Assembly (NCBI GenBank): GCA_016186795.1
Contig: JACPKY010000002.1
Coordinates: 218,593 to 282,592 of the forward strand
DNA: 64,000 nt
Direction: 5' to 3'
From: Candidatus Gottesmanbacteria bacterium
GTDB lineage: Bacteria > Patescibacteriota > Microgenomatia > 2-02-FULL-39-11
Shown: piece by piece, positions 1-10,695 of the stretch
How positions within the stretch are numbered: position 1 is the stretch's first letter
How the letters are laid out: each line of letters begins with the position of its first letter
Position numbers and translations under genes: made by a program
The notes under the pieces: generated by a model
The model's input: the letters and a program-made list of their open reading frames with translations, nothing else
What the model was told of the DNA's origin: nothing
Database searches by the model: none

Positions 1-896
1 ATCCCTCCAGATTTTTCTACAGTCTCCGGCACAATTTTTCCGCAGACTGCATTGTAGAGAACTGACGCAGGACCCTTTTTTAACAGGAAAAACTTTGCCA
101 GAAGCGCAGTTGTAGTTGTTCCGGATAAAACTGTTCCGTTTTCATCAAGCACAAACAGTCTATCAGCATCACCATCGATGGCAAATCCGACATCCGCGTG
201 TGTATTGCGTATACTTTTTTGTATATCAATGAGGTTTTTTTCATTCAATGGATCTGGAAGATGATGAGGAAAACGCCCATCGGGTTCAAAATAGAGTTTA
301 TGAATTTTGATCGGGAGATATTTTTCCAGAAGGTTCCAAGAGACTCCTCCCATGCCGTTTCCGGCATCAATTACAACACGAAGTGGCCGAATTTTTTCCT
401 TATTTACAAATGAAAGGGCATGACGTATCCATTCTTTTTCAATTGCAAAATCTGACATAGTCCCCTTTTTGGAAGCACGAGGAAAATTGCCATTAGTCGC
501 AATATCTCGAATTTCCGGAAGTCCTCTTTGTCCGTGAAGTGGAACTGCACCGCTGGTTACAATTTTTATTCCGTTATATTGAGCTGGATTATGCGAGGCA
601 GAAATAATGATATTTGCATCGAACTGGAATTTACCTGAAGCAAAATTATGCATCTCGGTGGATATTCGACCAAGATTTACCACGTCAACTCCCTGGTCCA
701 TAATACCTTTGGTGAGACTATCAAAAAGAGAAGGTGAGGATAAACGCATATCGAAGCCTACTGCAATGCGGGAAACGTGTAAAAAAACGCATACAGACCT
801 CCCAATCGTATAGTAGGTATCCTCATTGATATCGTCCGGATACACCCCACGGATATCATAATCACGGAAAATTTTGGGATTAATGGGAGATGCCAT
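1..896 (-). CDS. Phosphomannomutase/phosphoglucomutase (3' end runs off window)
   Basis: Not in the ORF track. Manual translation from ATG 896 gives MASPINPKIFRDYDIRG..., active-site SASHNP, DAGNGMG and metal loop IDGDADR. Confidence 0.92.
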   Translation of the reverse strand, partial: MASPINPKIFRDYDIRGVYPDDINEDTYYTIGRSVCVFLHVSRIAVGFDMRLSSPSLFDSLTKGIMDQGVDVVNLGRISTEMHNFASGKFQFDANIIISASHNPAQYNGIKIVTSGAVPLHGQRGLPEIRDIATNGNFPRASKKGTMSDFAIEKEWIRHALSFVNKEKIRPLRVVIDAGNGMGGVSWNLLEKYLPIKIHKLYFEPDGRFPHHLPDPLNEKNLIDIQKSIRNTHADVGFAIDGDADRLFVLDENGTVLSGTTTTALLAKFFLLKKGPASVLYNAVCGKIVPETVEKSGG

Positions 897-931
897 CTGT
901 ATGAAAAAATATGACAGGAATACATTTCATA

Positions 932-1621
932 CTAAAGATTAACAAGAAAAATGTCAAGTAGCTGGGAGGTTGTGAACGGAGTCTGACCGGATTTAACGCT
1001 TGCATCGATTGCAAGAAGTTGGCGGTACGATTTCTGAAGATCATCCAAAGAAAACTGGTGAGACTGATCCATAAATTTCCTTGCTTGCCATGGGGAAAGT
1101 GAATGCAATCCAGAAAGGCCTAAATCGCGAGCCAGAATAAGATATCGCCATTGCCTGATAAGCATGGCATAGACAAGTTCTGCATCACTTTGTGTCAAAA
1201 GCCTGTGAAAGGTTTGTAAAAGGTCATTTTGTCTAACTTTCCCGATACTATCCAAAAACGCAAAGAGGAGTTTCGGATAGGTATATCCGTACACTTTTGT
1301 GTGGGAAAAATATTTGTTGATAGTTGCCTTTGACACTTCGGATTTCTCCCAGAAAATAATAGTGCGAGTCTCTCCCACTGATAGAAGAATATTGATACAT
1401 TCTTCCTTTGATTTCGATTTTGGAAGGTTCGTGAGATTTTCAATAATGATTGTTTGAGGAAGGGAAAAAAGAGATTGGGAGAAAGTCTCCTCAGTAAGAT
1501 CCTTCGCAGTTACCTTCGAACCTTCAAAAGTTTTGATATCATCGCTCTTTCTTGCGTTTTTCTCCTCTATAAGTTTATTTCGAGACGAAACATGGTCGTC
1601 TCCATGGATAAGAATAATCAT
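932..1621 (-). CDS. holA: DNA polymerase III delta subunit (short form)
   Basis: MIILIHGDD start, QSLFS..IIIEN, C-terminal LLAIDASVKSG collar motif. Confidence 0.8.
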   Translation of the reverse strand: MIILIHGDDHVSSRNKLIEEKNARKSDDIKTFEGSKVTAKDLTEETFSQSLFSLPQTIIIENLTNLPKSKSKEECINILLSVGETRTIIFWEKSEVSKATINKYFSHTKVYGYTYPKLLFAFLDSIGKVRQNDLLQTFHRLLTQSDAELVYAMLIRQWRYLILARDLGLSGLHSLSPWQARKFMDQSHQFSLDDLQKSYRQLLAIDASVKSGQTPFTTSQLLDIFLVNL

Positions 1622-1995
1622 AGGAAATTCTTGTAAAGCTGAAATAATTTTTCCACATTTCTTCGATCGATATGTTGTCCCCGACCGCGATGTGGCAGTA
1701 GGCTTCCAGAAAAATTCTTGGGAATATGCAAAAGTTCATGAATAAGTACTCGTGTTTTATCATCATTGGATAAGTGGTCAAAATACTGGGATAAAACTTC
1801 TATGACATAGTGCGGTGGGATTTTAAGAGCTAATTGCCATACTTTGGGAAAACTCCAAATTCTTGCACGCGCACGTGATGAGGAACCGTGACTTCTAAAA
1901 CAAACGATCCGTTTATGATCGATGTAATGAAGATCCAATCTCGTAACGATGAGACGAATACTTCTCGCGACGTCTGTTGCTTCTAGCCATTCCAT
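1618..1995 (-). CDS. Putative phage-type metallopeptidase
   Basis: HELLH motif, ARARIW motif. Probable start ATG 1995, 6 nt after TATAAT. Confidence 0.75.
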   Translation of the reverse strand: MEWLEATDVARSIRLIVTRLDLHYIDHKRIVCFRSHGSSSRARARIWSFPKVWQLALKIPPHYVIEVLSQYFDHLSNDDKTRVLIHELLHIPKNFSGSLLPHRGRGQHIDRRNVEKLFQLYKNFL

Positions 1996-2079
1996 ATCAG
2001 TATTATACAATGTTGCTTCGTCTAGTATTGTATTCCACTTAGAGATTGCATATAATCGCTCCCCCTGCCCTCGTTTTCT

Positions 2080-3552
2080 ATGAAATCTGTCGCAAAAATT
2101 CTCGCGAGGGTAAAACGGGCCCTAAATAAGACGAAGAAAACAGTTTCTGCGCGGAAGAAAAGAATTGTCGCCTATATTGATAAAAAGCCATACAAAAGCT
2201 TTTTTATCGCCCTTGGTCTTCTTCTTATTCTCATCGTTCTCAGTAACATACTCGGGGTTCCAAAGGTTGATGATAAAAAAGGAGAATTACCTCCAAAGCA
2301 GGTAGAAATTTATGCAGTAGGAACAGCCCCGAAACTTACAGTGCAAGCACAAATTGAGAAATCAGGAGTGGTCCATATAACCTCACTTACTTCTGGAGTA
2401 GTGCAATCAATAGGAAAAGGGGCTGGACAAAAGTTTTCGAAAGGTCAAATACTTGTACGGCTTTCAACAAATTATCAAGGTGGAAACGCATCATCACTTG
2501 CCCGTCAAATGGCCCAGATACAATATCAGAATGTTGTCGATACATATGACGTGAATAAAGAAATAATTAAAAAACAGAAGGAACTCGCAGAAAAAGGAGA
2601 TGCTCAAGCTGACGACCTAAGAACTATTACTGATAAGTCAATATCTGAAACACAATCTCTTATTAATCTTAATAGTGATATTCTTACAACCCTTGATAAA
2701 AATTTAAGTAATTTAGAAGCTACCAACGTTTCCGGAAGTAATGATGGGCTCATTCTTTCTACAAAGCAACTGAAATCTCAATTTTTAGCTGCCAATAATA
2801 GTGCCAGACAGGCACTGCGGATGAGTGAGTTTAACTCCTCGGCAGATAACCCCCCAGCACAGATTTCTGACGTGCAAAAAGAGATAAGTTTGAAGCAGCT
2901 CGGTCTCCAAGAGAAAATGCTTGATCTAAGTCGAGAAGTAAGTAAGATCCAACTTCAGATAGCACGGGTTAGTGAGGGCATGATGTTCCCGACTGCTCCA
3001 TTTAATGGTACGGTTCAGAAGGTGTTCGTCAAAGTCGGTCAGCAAGTAAACCCCGGAACAGAACTTATGGTTCTTTCCCAAACGAAAGATAAAGATCCGG
3101 CCGTTGCAACAGCGTATGTTTCTTCTGATATCGCCAAAAAAGTTTCCAAACTTGAACCAAGTAAACTCCACATAAATAGCACAGCAAGTATTGATAGCTT
3201 TCCATCGTTTGTGACCCAAGATGCCATATCAGGTTCACTTTACGGCGTCTATTTCACTATCCCAGATGAGTACGTATCTGAAGTTGTTGAGAGAGGGTTT
3301 ATACAGGTTGATCTGCCAATTGGATATATTGATACCGGAGCCTCCGTACCATTTATTCCAATTGATGCAATCTATCAAACAAAAGATCAAAATTATGTCT
3401 TTGTGGCAGTTGATGGAAAAGCGGGAGCAAAATCAATTGAGTTGGGACACGTATTTGGAAGTTTTGTTGAAATTCTAAGTGGACTTGAAAATGGCGATAA
3501 AGTCATTACCAACCGCAATGTTATAGCGGGCGATAGTGTCGTTACCAAGTAA
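2080..3552 (+). CDS. RND efflux periplasmic adaptor (MFP)
   Basis: N-terminal TM, lipoyl half-motifs (APFNGTV..VKVGQQV), long coiled coil, C-terminal VEILSGLENGDKVI. Confidence 0.88.
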   Translation: MKSVAKILARVKRALNKTKKTVSARKKRIVAYIDKKPYKSFFIALGLLLILIVLSNILGVPKVDDKKGELPPKQVEIYAVGTAPKLTVQAQIEKSGVVHITSLTSGVVQSIGKGAGQKFSKGQILVRLSTNYQGGNASSLARQMAQIQYQNVVDTYDVNKEIIKKQKELAEKGDAQADDLRTITDKSISETQSLINLNSDILTTLDKNLSNLEATNVSGSNDGLILSTKQLKSQFLAANNSARQALRMSEFNSSADNPPAQISDVQKEISLKQLGLQEKMLDLSREVSKIQLQIARVSEGMMFPTAPFNGTVQKVFVKVGQQVNPGTELMVLSQTKDKDPAVATAYVSSDIAKKVSKLEPSKLHINSTASIDSFPSFVTQDAISGSLYGVYFTIPDEYVSEVVERGFIQVDLPIGYIDTGASVPFIPIDAIYQTKDQNYVFVAVDGKAGAKSIELGHVFGSFVEILSGLENGDKVITNRNVIAGDSVVTK

Positions 3553-3553
3553 C

Positions 3554-6500
3554 ATGCCAAGAAGGAAACGCTCGTCGTACTTGCAAACATTAAAGTTTGA
3601 CCCAAAACTCCTCCAAAGCGTACAGGCGCGGTATTTGTCAAATGTCCGTTTCCCAATCCTTCTTATCCTTTTAACTGTCATTATAGGAATCTTTGCGTTT
3701 ATACAGATTCCGAGGCGTCTCTACCCAGAAATCAAAATCCCAATTGTTATCGTCAATACCGTTATTTCCGGAGCAGGACCTTACGATGTTGAACAACTTG
3801 TCACTATACCCTTAGAGCGGCAACTCGCTGGAGTTGATGGGCTTGATACGATGACATCTACTTCCCGAGAGAGTGTATCGACGATTGCCCTGCAGTTTCT
3901 ATCAAATGTAAACGCGCGACAAGCAACCAACGATGTCCATACACTGGTTGACCGCGTTACCAATTTGCCGGAAGATGCTTTCACTCCGGATGTTAACTCT
4001 GTAGATTTTGAGGATCAACCATTTTGGACATTTGCAATTTCTGGGACTACAGATGGCGCTTCACTCATGCGGTTTGCAAATAATCTAGAGGATCAAATAG
4101 AAGATATATCTGCAGTTGACCGAGTACAAACATCTGGCCTTGATGATCAAACAATCGATGTCGTCCTCAATGTAACTGCCGCAAACGAGTATAACATTAG
4201 CCCGATTATTCTTTCGCAACTTATTAAAAATGCGGCAAAATCTTTTCCAGCAGGAATTGTTTATTCTTCTGCCTCCTCATTCTCACTTACCATCAATCGC
4301 GAAATTACAACAATTGATGACATACGAAATCTGCGAATAACCACTTCTGATGCCAATATTCGCTTAGGCGATATTGCCAACGTTTCCGAGCGGTCAAAAA
4401 GCGGTCAACAAAATACATATATAGCATCGCAAAACCAGACTCCCAAACAGGCGATCCAGTTTTTTGTGTTCAAAAAGGCTACAGTCAATATCGATCAGGC
4501 GTTTAAGGTAACCGAGCCCATTATCAAATCGGCAGTTGCAAAGTATGACGGCCAATTTACTCTGTATAGTATTCAAAATACGTCAGAGCTCATCGATGAA
4601 CAGTTTGGAGATCTCAATCGTGAGTTTCTCACTACCAGCATACTTGTATTTTTACTCCTTCTTCTTTTCCTTGGAATTCGCCAAGGAATTATAAGTAACG
4701 TTACCGTCCCTCTCACATTTTTGGCCACTTTTGCAGTGATCTATACAATGGGTCTCAGCCTTAATTTTTTAACGGTCTTTTCCTTTCTTTTAACCCTTGG
4801 GATATTAATTGATGACACAATTGTTGTTGTTGCTGCGATGACCAGGTATTACAAAACAGGGAGATTTACTCCTTACCAAACAGGTATTATGGTATGGAAG
4901 GATTTTATTGTCCCTCTTTGGTCATCTGCAATCACAACGATATGGGGTTTTGTTCCACTTCTTCTCTCAACGGGAATTATTGGTGAATTTATTAAGTCAA
5001 TTCCAATTGTTGTCACAACGGCAATGCTTTCATCAACGATTATCTCGGTTCTTATTACCATTCCTCTCATGATCGTATTTCTGAAGCCTCAATTTCCTCG
5101 CCGAGTAAAAATATTATTTGCTGTGTTGGGGATTATCTCATTTTTGGGATTTTTCCTATTCACCCTTCCCAAAAATATCGTTCTTCCTCTCGTTATTCTT
5201 TCTAGTTTCGTCTTTTTGTTTGTCTCGTACCGAGTGAGAAACCCGCTTCTATCATTTACCCGTCGCTCTATTCGCACGAATAAAAGGATACATAGATTAC
5301 TTATTAATCTTCGATTTATCGCAGAGCACGGACTTATCAATATCGAGCGGTTAAGTAGCCAATATAGAATTGTCATTGAAAAAGTATTACGGTCATCAAG
5401 AGCTCGGCGACAGACTATCATTGCAATCGCCTGTTTTACGATCTTTGCGTATTTATTACTCCCGTTGGGTCTTGTGAAAAACGAGTTTTTCCCCAAAGAG
5501 GACGCCGAACTTCTCTATGCTGCGGTAGATCTGCCTTCCGGAATGAAAAATGATGCTGTAACAGAAGAAACAATAAATATTGCCAATAAACTTCGAGATA
5601 CTGCCGAACTTGATTATATGGTAGCTGAAGTTGGCCAAGTTTTTGAACAAACAGGAGACAGAAGGACAGATCCGGATGCAATATTATTTACCCTGCATCT
5701 GACAAGGACGGAAAAACGTGACCCAACATCTTCTGATATTGCTCAAAAAATCCGTGAACAATTTAAGGAGTATTCGAACGGTACATTTTCCGTGGTGGAG
5801 CTCACGGGCGGCCCTCCAGCTGGAGCTGATATTCAGATTCAGCTTCTCGGCGAGGATCTTGGAGTCCTTAACCAATTTGCCGATAAAATTATTGAGTATC
5901 TGAAAAATCAAGCGGGAATTGTCAACGTTGATAAATCGATAAAGCCAGGAACGAGTAAAGTTGTATTCGTTCCCGACAAGACGAAACTTGCAGATTTTCA
6001 GGTCTCAACTGATCAAATTGCACTTTGGCTTCGTACATATGCAAGCGGATTTACCCTTGATAGTGTCCTTTTTGGTTCGGAGGAGGAGGATATAACGTTT
6101 CGCATAAATTCTTATGACAATAAGCCTCTGGATGAGGTGAGTACGCTTGCGATCCCATTACCTGCTCCACCTGGGGCAACAATCCCCCTTTCGGCTCTTG
6201 GAACATTCAGATTGGAGACAAATCCAACCATTATTACTCGGGAAAATCAGAAGAGGTCTATTTCTATATTTGGAGGGGTAACGGGTGGAGCAAATATTCC
6301 GGAAAAAAATGCAGCTCTCCTTGCATTTGCAGACTCTTTGGAACTTCCGCAAGGGTACGAATGGAAGACAGGTGGCGTCAATGAAGAAAATCAAAAATCC
6401 GTGCAGTCCATACTGTACTCCATGGCTCTTGCATTCCTTCTTATTTTAATTACCATGGTAATTGAGTTTGGTTCTTTCCGGCAGGCATTTATTGCGATGC

Positions 6501-6922
6501 TCATGATTCCAATCTCAGTTGCTGGAGTCTTTTATATTTTTGCACTTCTTCGAGTTCCCTTATCGTTTGCCGCACTCATTGGGGTTTTGGCACTCTTTGG
6601 AATAGTAATGCGGCATGCAATAGTTGTGATGGAAAAAATAAACGATAACCGCAAGCATGGATTATCTCTTCATGATGCCATTGCCGATGCCGCATCAAGT
6701 CGACTTGAGCCAGTACTTCTTACCTCTCTTGCAACAATTGTTGGTCTTCTACCAATTACCATTTCCGATCCGTTCTGGAGAGGACTTGGAGGTACAATTA
6801 TTGCAGGACTACTTTTCACCGGTGCTCTGAAGCTTTTTATTATTCCAGTTCTCTACTATAACTTCTATAAAGACGAGGAAATTAGACACCACAAAAGACC
6901 TAAAAATAGCCTATCCGCATGA
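3554..6922 (+). CDS. RND efflux permease, AcrB/SwrC family
   Basis: GILIDDTIVVV (TM4 Asp pair), RLEPVLLTS, two-repeat topology, adjacent to the MFP gene. Confidence 0.93.
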   Translation: MPRRKRSSYLQTLKFDPKLLQSVQARYLSNVRFPILLILLTVIIGIFAFIQIPRRLYPEIKIPIVIVNTVISGAGPYDVEQLVTIPLERQLAGVDGLDTMTSTSRESVSTIALQFLSNVNARQATNDVHTLVDRVTNLPEDAFTPDVNSVDFEDQPFWTFAISGTTDGASLMRFANNLEDQIEDISAVDRVQTSGLDDQTIDVVLNVTAANEYNISPIILSQLIKNAAKSFPAGIVYSSASSFSLTINREITTIDDIRNLRITTSDANIRLGDIANVSERSKSGQQNTYIASQNQTPKQAIQFFVFKKATVNIDQAFKVTEPIIKSAVAKYDGQFTLYSIQNTSELIDEQFGDLNREFLTTSILVFLLLLLFLGIRQGIISNVTVPLTFLATFAVIYTMGLSLNFLTVFSFLLTLGILIDDTIVVVAAMTRYYKTGRFTPYQTGIMVWKDFIVPLWSSAITTIWGFVPLLLSTGIIGEFIKSIPIVVTTAMLSSTIISVLITIPLMIVFLKPQFPRRVKILFAVLGIISFLGFFLFTLPKNIVLPLVILSSFVFLFVSYRVRNPLLSFTRRSIRTNKRIHRLLINLRFIAEHGLINIERLSSQYRIVIEKVLRSSRARRQTIIAIACFTIFAYLLLPLGLVKNEFFPKEDAELLYAAVDLPSGMKNDAVTEETINIANKLRDTAELDYMVAEVGQVFEQTGDRRTDPDAILFTLHLTRTEKRDPTSSDIAQKIREQFKEYSNGTFSVVELTGGPPAGADIQIQLLGEDLGVLNQFADKIIEYLKNQAGIVNVDKSIKPGTSKVVFVPDKTKLADFQVSTDQIALWLRTYASGFTLDSVLFGSEEEDITFRINSYDNKPLDEVSTLAIPLPAPPGATIPLSALGTFRLETNPTIITRENQKRSISIFGGVTGGANIPEKNAALLAFADSLELPQGYEWKTGGVNEENQKSVQSILYSMALAFLLILITMVIEFGSFRQAFIAMLMIPISVAGVFYIFALLRVPLSFAALIGVLALFGIVMRHAIVVMEKINDNRKHGLSLHDAIADAASSRLEPVLLTSLATIVGLLPITISDPFWRGLGGTIIAGLLFTGALKLFIIPVLYYNFYKDEEIRHHKRPKNSLSA

Positions 6923-6935
6923 TACAATATTTAAC

Positions 6936-6980
6936 ATGATTCTATCAGTAGGCACAAACAACGAAAAAACCAATATTTAG
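6936..6980 (+). pseudogene. Possible gene remnant (MILSVGTNNEKTNI*)
   Basis: TACAAT lies 7 nt before the ATG, as for real genes here. The peptide loosely resembles the N-terminus of YjjX-type NTPases. Confidence 0.25.
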
Positions 6981-7097
6981 AGTTTCACTTCAGCTTCAAG
7001 CCTCCCAATCCCAGAAAAGAAAGAATAATTGTCCAAAGAGACGCGCTAGGCAGAATAATCCACTCCAAACCGCCAGCCTTTTTGGTAAAATGATAAT

Positions 7098-7817
7098 ATG
7101 AGCATATTATTCTTTCTTTCCGCTTTCGTCGCAGAGATTATAGGAACAATAGCTGGATTTGGTTCTTCAACTGTTTTTCTCCCTCTGGCACTTTTATTCT
7201 TTGATTTTAAAACAGCACTGGTGCTTGTTGCCTTGTTTCATATTTTCGGCAATATCAGCAGGATTAGTTTTTTCAAACATGGATTTGATAGACATATCCT
7301 AATAATTTTTGGTATTCCAAGTGTCGTGTTAACACTCATTGGAGCTCTGCTTGTTACCTATCTTCCTCAAGAGATGTTAAAGGGTATTTTAGGAGTGTTT
7401 TTAATTATCTATTCCATAATCTCTTTTTGGAAAGAAGACTTAAAAGTAAGACCATCACTTTTTAATTCCGTCATTGGAGGTGGGTTATCAGGTTTCCTGG
7501 CTGGACTTATTGGGACAGGTGGAGCTTTGAGAGGAGCATTCCTAACGGCGTTTGGATTACCTAAGGAAAAATATATTGCTACCGCAGCAGCAATAGCTTT
7601 AGCAGTAGACTTTACTCGAATACCAGTTTATTTTGCTGAAGGATTTTTAACGAGACAGTATTACTGGTATATCCCTGTTTTACTTATCGTAGCTCTTGCA
7701 GGTTCGTTTACCGGGAAGCAAATTGTTAAACAGGTACCACAAAAAATATTTCGAAAAGTAGTTCTTTCCGCCATTCTGATAATGGGCTTAAAGTTTGTTT
7801 ATGATTTGTTAGTTTAA
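7098..7817 (+). CDS. Sulfite exporter TauE/SafE family membrane protein
   Basis: GTIAGFGSS and GFLAGLIGTGG repeats, ~8 TM segments. Confidence 0.88.
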   Translation: MSILFFLSAFVAEIIGTIAGFGSSTVFLPLALLFFDFKTALVLVALFHIFGNISRISFFKHGFDRHILIIFGIPSVVLTLIGALLVTYLPQEMLKGILGVFLIIYSIISFWKEDLKVRPSLFNSVIGGGLSGFLAGLIGTGGALRGAFLTAFGLPKEKYIATAAAIALAVDFTRIPVYFAEGFLTRQYYWYIPVLLIVALAGSFTGKQIVKQVPQKIFRKVVLSAILIMGLKFVYDLLV

Positions 7818-7839
7818 CTCCTGCTATAATCTGCTAAAT

Positions 7840-8937
7840 ATGGGGTTTTCACTTAAAGTTGGGATAGTCGGGTTACCAAATGTTGGTAAATCCACGCTTT
7901 TTAATGCCCTCTTGAAAAGGCAGGTGGCAAATGTGGCCAATTATCCGTTTTGCACCATTGAACCGAATGTGGGGGTTATAGAAGTCCCAGACAAACGGCT
8001 CCCTGTACTTGCCAAAATTGTAAATACGCAAACTATTGTTCCTGCAGCAATTGAGTTTTACGATATTGCCGGACTTGTAAAAGGTGCCTCAACTGGTGAA
8101 GGACTGGGGAATAAATTCCTATCTTATATCCGTGAAGTTTCGGTGATTGTCCACGTTGTCCGACTTTTTGAAGATAGCAATATAATTCATGTTGCTAATA
8201 CTATCAATCCAGAGTCGGATATTGAGGTTATTGAGTCAGAACTTATCTTAGCTGACTTGGGAACACTTTCGAAACAAGCGGAAATCAGAATGAATGCTAC
8301 AAAAGAAGAGAAGGCAACTCGTGCCGCCATCGACTTTCTCATTCCTCTTTTAAACAAAGGAACACCCGTAAGACGTGTCGGACTTACCGAAGATCAGAAA
8401 CAATCAATAAAGCATCTCAACCTTTTAACCTCCAAACCGGTGATTATTGCCTTTAATGTTTCAGAAAAACAACTGGAAGAAAAAGACCTTACAGAGAAAC
8501 GAGCTTCCGAATATCTCAGAAATGTGGGTGAATCGTCTCATTTCCTCCTTTTTTGTGCAAAATTAGAGACAGAGGTGTTAGCGCTTTCTCAAGAAGAACA
8601 AGTAGAGTATCTGAAGCAATATAATTTAACCGAAACCGGACTTGATAGACTCATTCGGACCGCCTACCATACTCTCTCACTCATTTCATTTCTTACTGCC
8701 GGAGAAAAAGAGGTACGAGCTTGGACGATTAAAAAAGGAACTCTCGCACCCCTTGCAGCTGGAGTCATCCATACTGACTTTGAAAAGAATTTTATCAAAG
8801 CAGATATTATTTCCTATGACATCTTTATTAACGTTGGCGGTTGGATAAATGCGCGTGAGCAAGGTGTTGTTCAGACAGTTGGTCGAGACTATGAGATGCG
8901 CGATGGCGATGTGGCTGAATTTAAGACAAGTGCTTAA
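7840..8937 (+). CDS. ychF: Redox-regulated ATPase YchF
   Basis: GIVGLPNVGKST, NYPFCTIEPN, DIAGLVKGAS, TGS domain. Confidence 0.97.
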   Translation: MGFSLKVGIVGLPNVGKSTLFNALLKRQVANVANYPFCTIEPNVGVIEVPDKRLPVLAKIVNTQTIVPAAIEFYDIAGLVKGASTGEGLGNKFLSYIREVSVIVHVVRLFEDSNIIHVANTINPESDIEVIESELILADLGTLSKQAEIRMNATKEEKATRAAIDFLIPLLNKGTPVRRVGLTEDQKQSIKHLNLLTSKPVIIAFNVSEKQLEEKDLTEKRASEYLRNVGESSHFLLFCAKLETEVLALSQEEQVEYLKQYNLTETGLDRLIRTAYHTLSLISFLTAGEKEVRAWTIKKGTLAPLAAGVIHTDFEKNFIKADIISYDIFINVGGWINAREQGVVQTVGRDYEMRDGDVAEFKTSA

Positions 8938-10187
8938 AACCCCTTTCGAAGAATATGAAGAAGTTCTTCCTTCGGCTTTTTGTCCTCGTATCGTATAAGT
9001 GACTCCTTACCACTGTATGACCAGTATGTCCAGTGAACATTGTTTTGTCTAAAATACGAAAGAAGCTTTTGCAAATCGGACTTCCATGTTGGTGGTGCAT
9101 TCTCATCTCGACCATAATCAAAAGCATTAAATTCTCCCACAAAAAGCGGCACATTCCACGTTTTGGCGCGTGTTTGATACCGTTCTAATCGCTTTAATCC
9201 CTCTGGTTGCCATTTGCGGGTATACAGATGAAATGAGTACATGACGTTTGAAAAAGGTAAGGGTTCCTGTAGGGCAAAATCACCATTATCGTAGTCTTGG
9301 CTATCTTCTAAAATTAAGATAATATCAGGATTTACCTCCCGAATTGCGCTTCCGACCTTTTCGTAAAAGGCGTTCAGATGGAGTTCTTCAGGAGTGCATT
9401 TATTGAGTGCTGCCCAGGGTTCATTAATAATATCTGCCGCAATAACCTTCGGGTTTGTGGCATATCTGCCGGCAATAAATTTCCACACCTCAATAAAACC
9501 GTCTTGAACAACGACGGGTGAGTTTTCTGGGTTAATCCCGGCAAAGAATTGGCATCGGGCCGTTTGAAAATCAGAAATATCTGAATTTTGATATATCCAA
9601 GCTGGAAATCCGCTACCGCCACAGTGTTCACCCTCATCACTTGATATATCACGAAATGCTGATGACCAAAGATACTGATGCATATCAAGGACAACACCGA
9701 TATCTTTGTCGGTTAAATCCTTAACCAGATTGTCAACAAGGGTTAAATATGAAGTATCCCAGTGATGAGTAAGGATTCCGTTTTCCCATGTAGGAGGAGT
9801 TTGTTCTAAAGCGTCCCATGTCAGCGTTAATCGCACAGTATTAAATCCCCACTTTTTTACGTCATCCGTTTGGAGAGGGTAGGGGATTTTATTATCGCAG
9901 CCACCGGGAGCAGTGTAGTCAGTTGAAAGTTCATGGTAATTGATTCCTTGCAGACGAAAAGGTTGACCAGACGGATCAACAACCAGTCCGTTAACAATTT
10001 TCGGCCTTCCTTTCATAGGAGCTGCGGTTATATACGATTCGGTTGTAGTTGGCGTGATGGAAGCTTGGGATGTTTTTTCGGATGCAAAGGAGCGGATACT
10101 TACAACAGCGGTCGAAACAACAAGTATGAGGACGAAAAACGAAATAAACACTTCTGAAAGTTTGAATAAAACGTATCCTCTATCCAT
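8934..10187 (-). CDS. Membrane-anchored glycoside hydrolase family 5 (endoglycoceramidase/cellulase-like)
   Basis: GFNTVRL, LDMHQ, INEP (acid/base), SFHLY, VGEF (nucleophile), N-terminal TM. Confidence 0.87.
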   Translation of the reverse strand: MDRGYVLFKLSEVFISFFVLILVVSTAVVSIRSFASEKTSQASITPTTTESYITAAPMKGRPKIVNGLVVDPSGQPFRLQGINYHELSTDYTAPGGCDNKIPYPLQTDDVKKWGFNTVRLTLTWDALEQTPPTWENGILTHHWDTSYLTLVDNLVKDLTDKDIGVVLDMHQYLWSSAFRDISSDEGEHCGGSGFPAWIYQNSDISDFQTARCQFFAGINPENSPVVVQDGFIEVWKFIAGRYATNPKVIAADIINEPWAALNKCTPEELHLNAFYEKVGSAIREVNPDIILILEDSQDYDNGDFALQEPLPFSNVMYSFHLYTRKWQPEGLKRLERYQTRAKTWNVPLFVGEFNAFDYGRDENAPPTWKSDLQKLLSYFRQNNVHWTYWSYSGKESLIRYEDKKPKEELLHILRKGF

Positions 10188-10208
10188 GGTAGGCAGACGT
10201 GGCAGTGA

Positions 10209-10646
10209 TCATGGATTATAGCGAGATTTTTTTGAAAGTTTTGCAGTGAAAACTATTTCGCATACCTCACCCTTTTCATCCTCAATGGTATTTTGTCCGG
10301 AAAGTCGTTGGTACTCTTTTAGATAATCTGAAAGGGCATTTTCTAGCGTTTTCTTTTCCTCCCGAAGCGATTTAATCTTTTCTGAAATACCAAATACTTC
10401 CGGTCTTTTCATTATTTGAGCTTTTGTTGATTGTTTAATTTTTGCTGCTTCTTTTGCAGTTTCACTGTGTTTTACAAAAACTGTATCGTTTGCCAGGATA
10501 TCTTCCAACATTTCGTGTTGCTCCCTCGACACATTCTTAAGACGGTCAAGTGCGGACATATGACTTTTAATGAGGTTTTCAATATTGAGAAGAACTGTTG
10601 AGCCGTCGAGACTCGTCGTTTGAGAACTATTTGTATCAGTATTCAT
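10209..10646 (-). CDS. Hypothetical coiled-coil protein
   Basis: 145-aa ORF filling the gap, with TATAGT 8 nt upstream of the ATG. Confidence 0.7.
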   Translation of the reverse strand: MNTDTNSSQTTSLDGSTVLLNIENLIKSHMSALDRLKNVSREQHEMLEDILANDTVFVKHSETAKEAAKIKQSTKAQIMKRPEVFGISEKIKSLREEKKTLENALSDYLKEYQRLSGQNTIEDEKGEVCEIVFTAKLSKKSRYNP

Positions 10647-10695
10647 ATGTAATCACTATACTGGAAAATTACAAAAGAGCGCAAGGGGAAAATTT

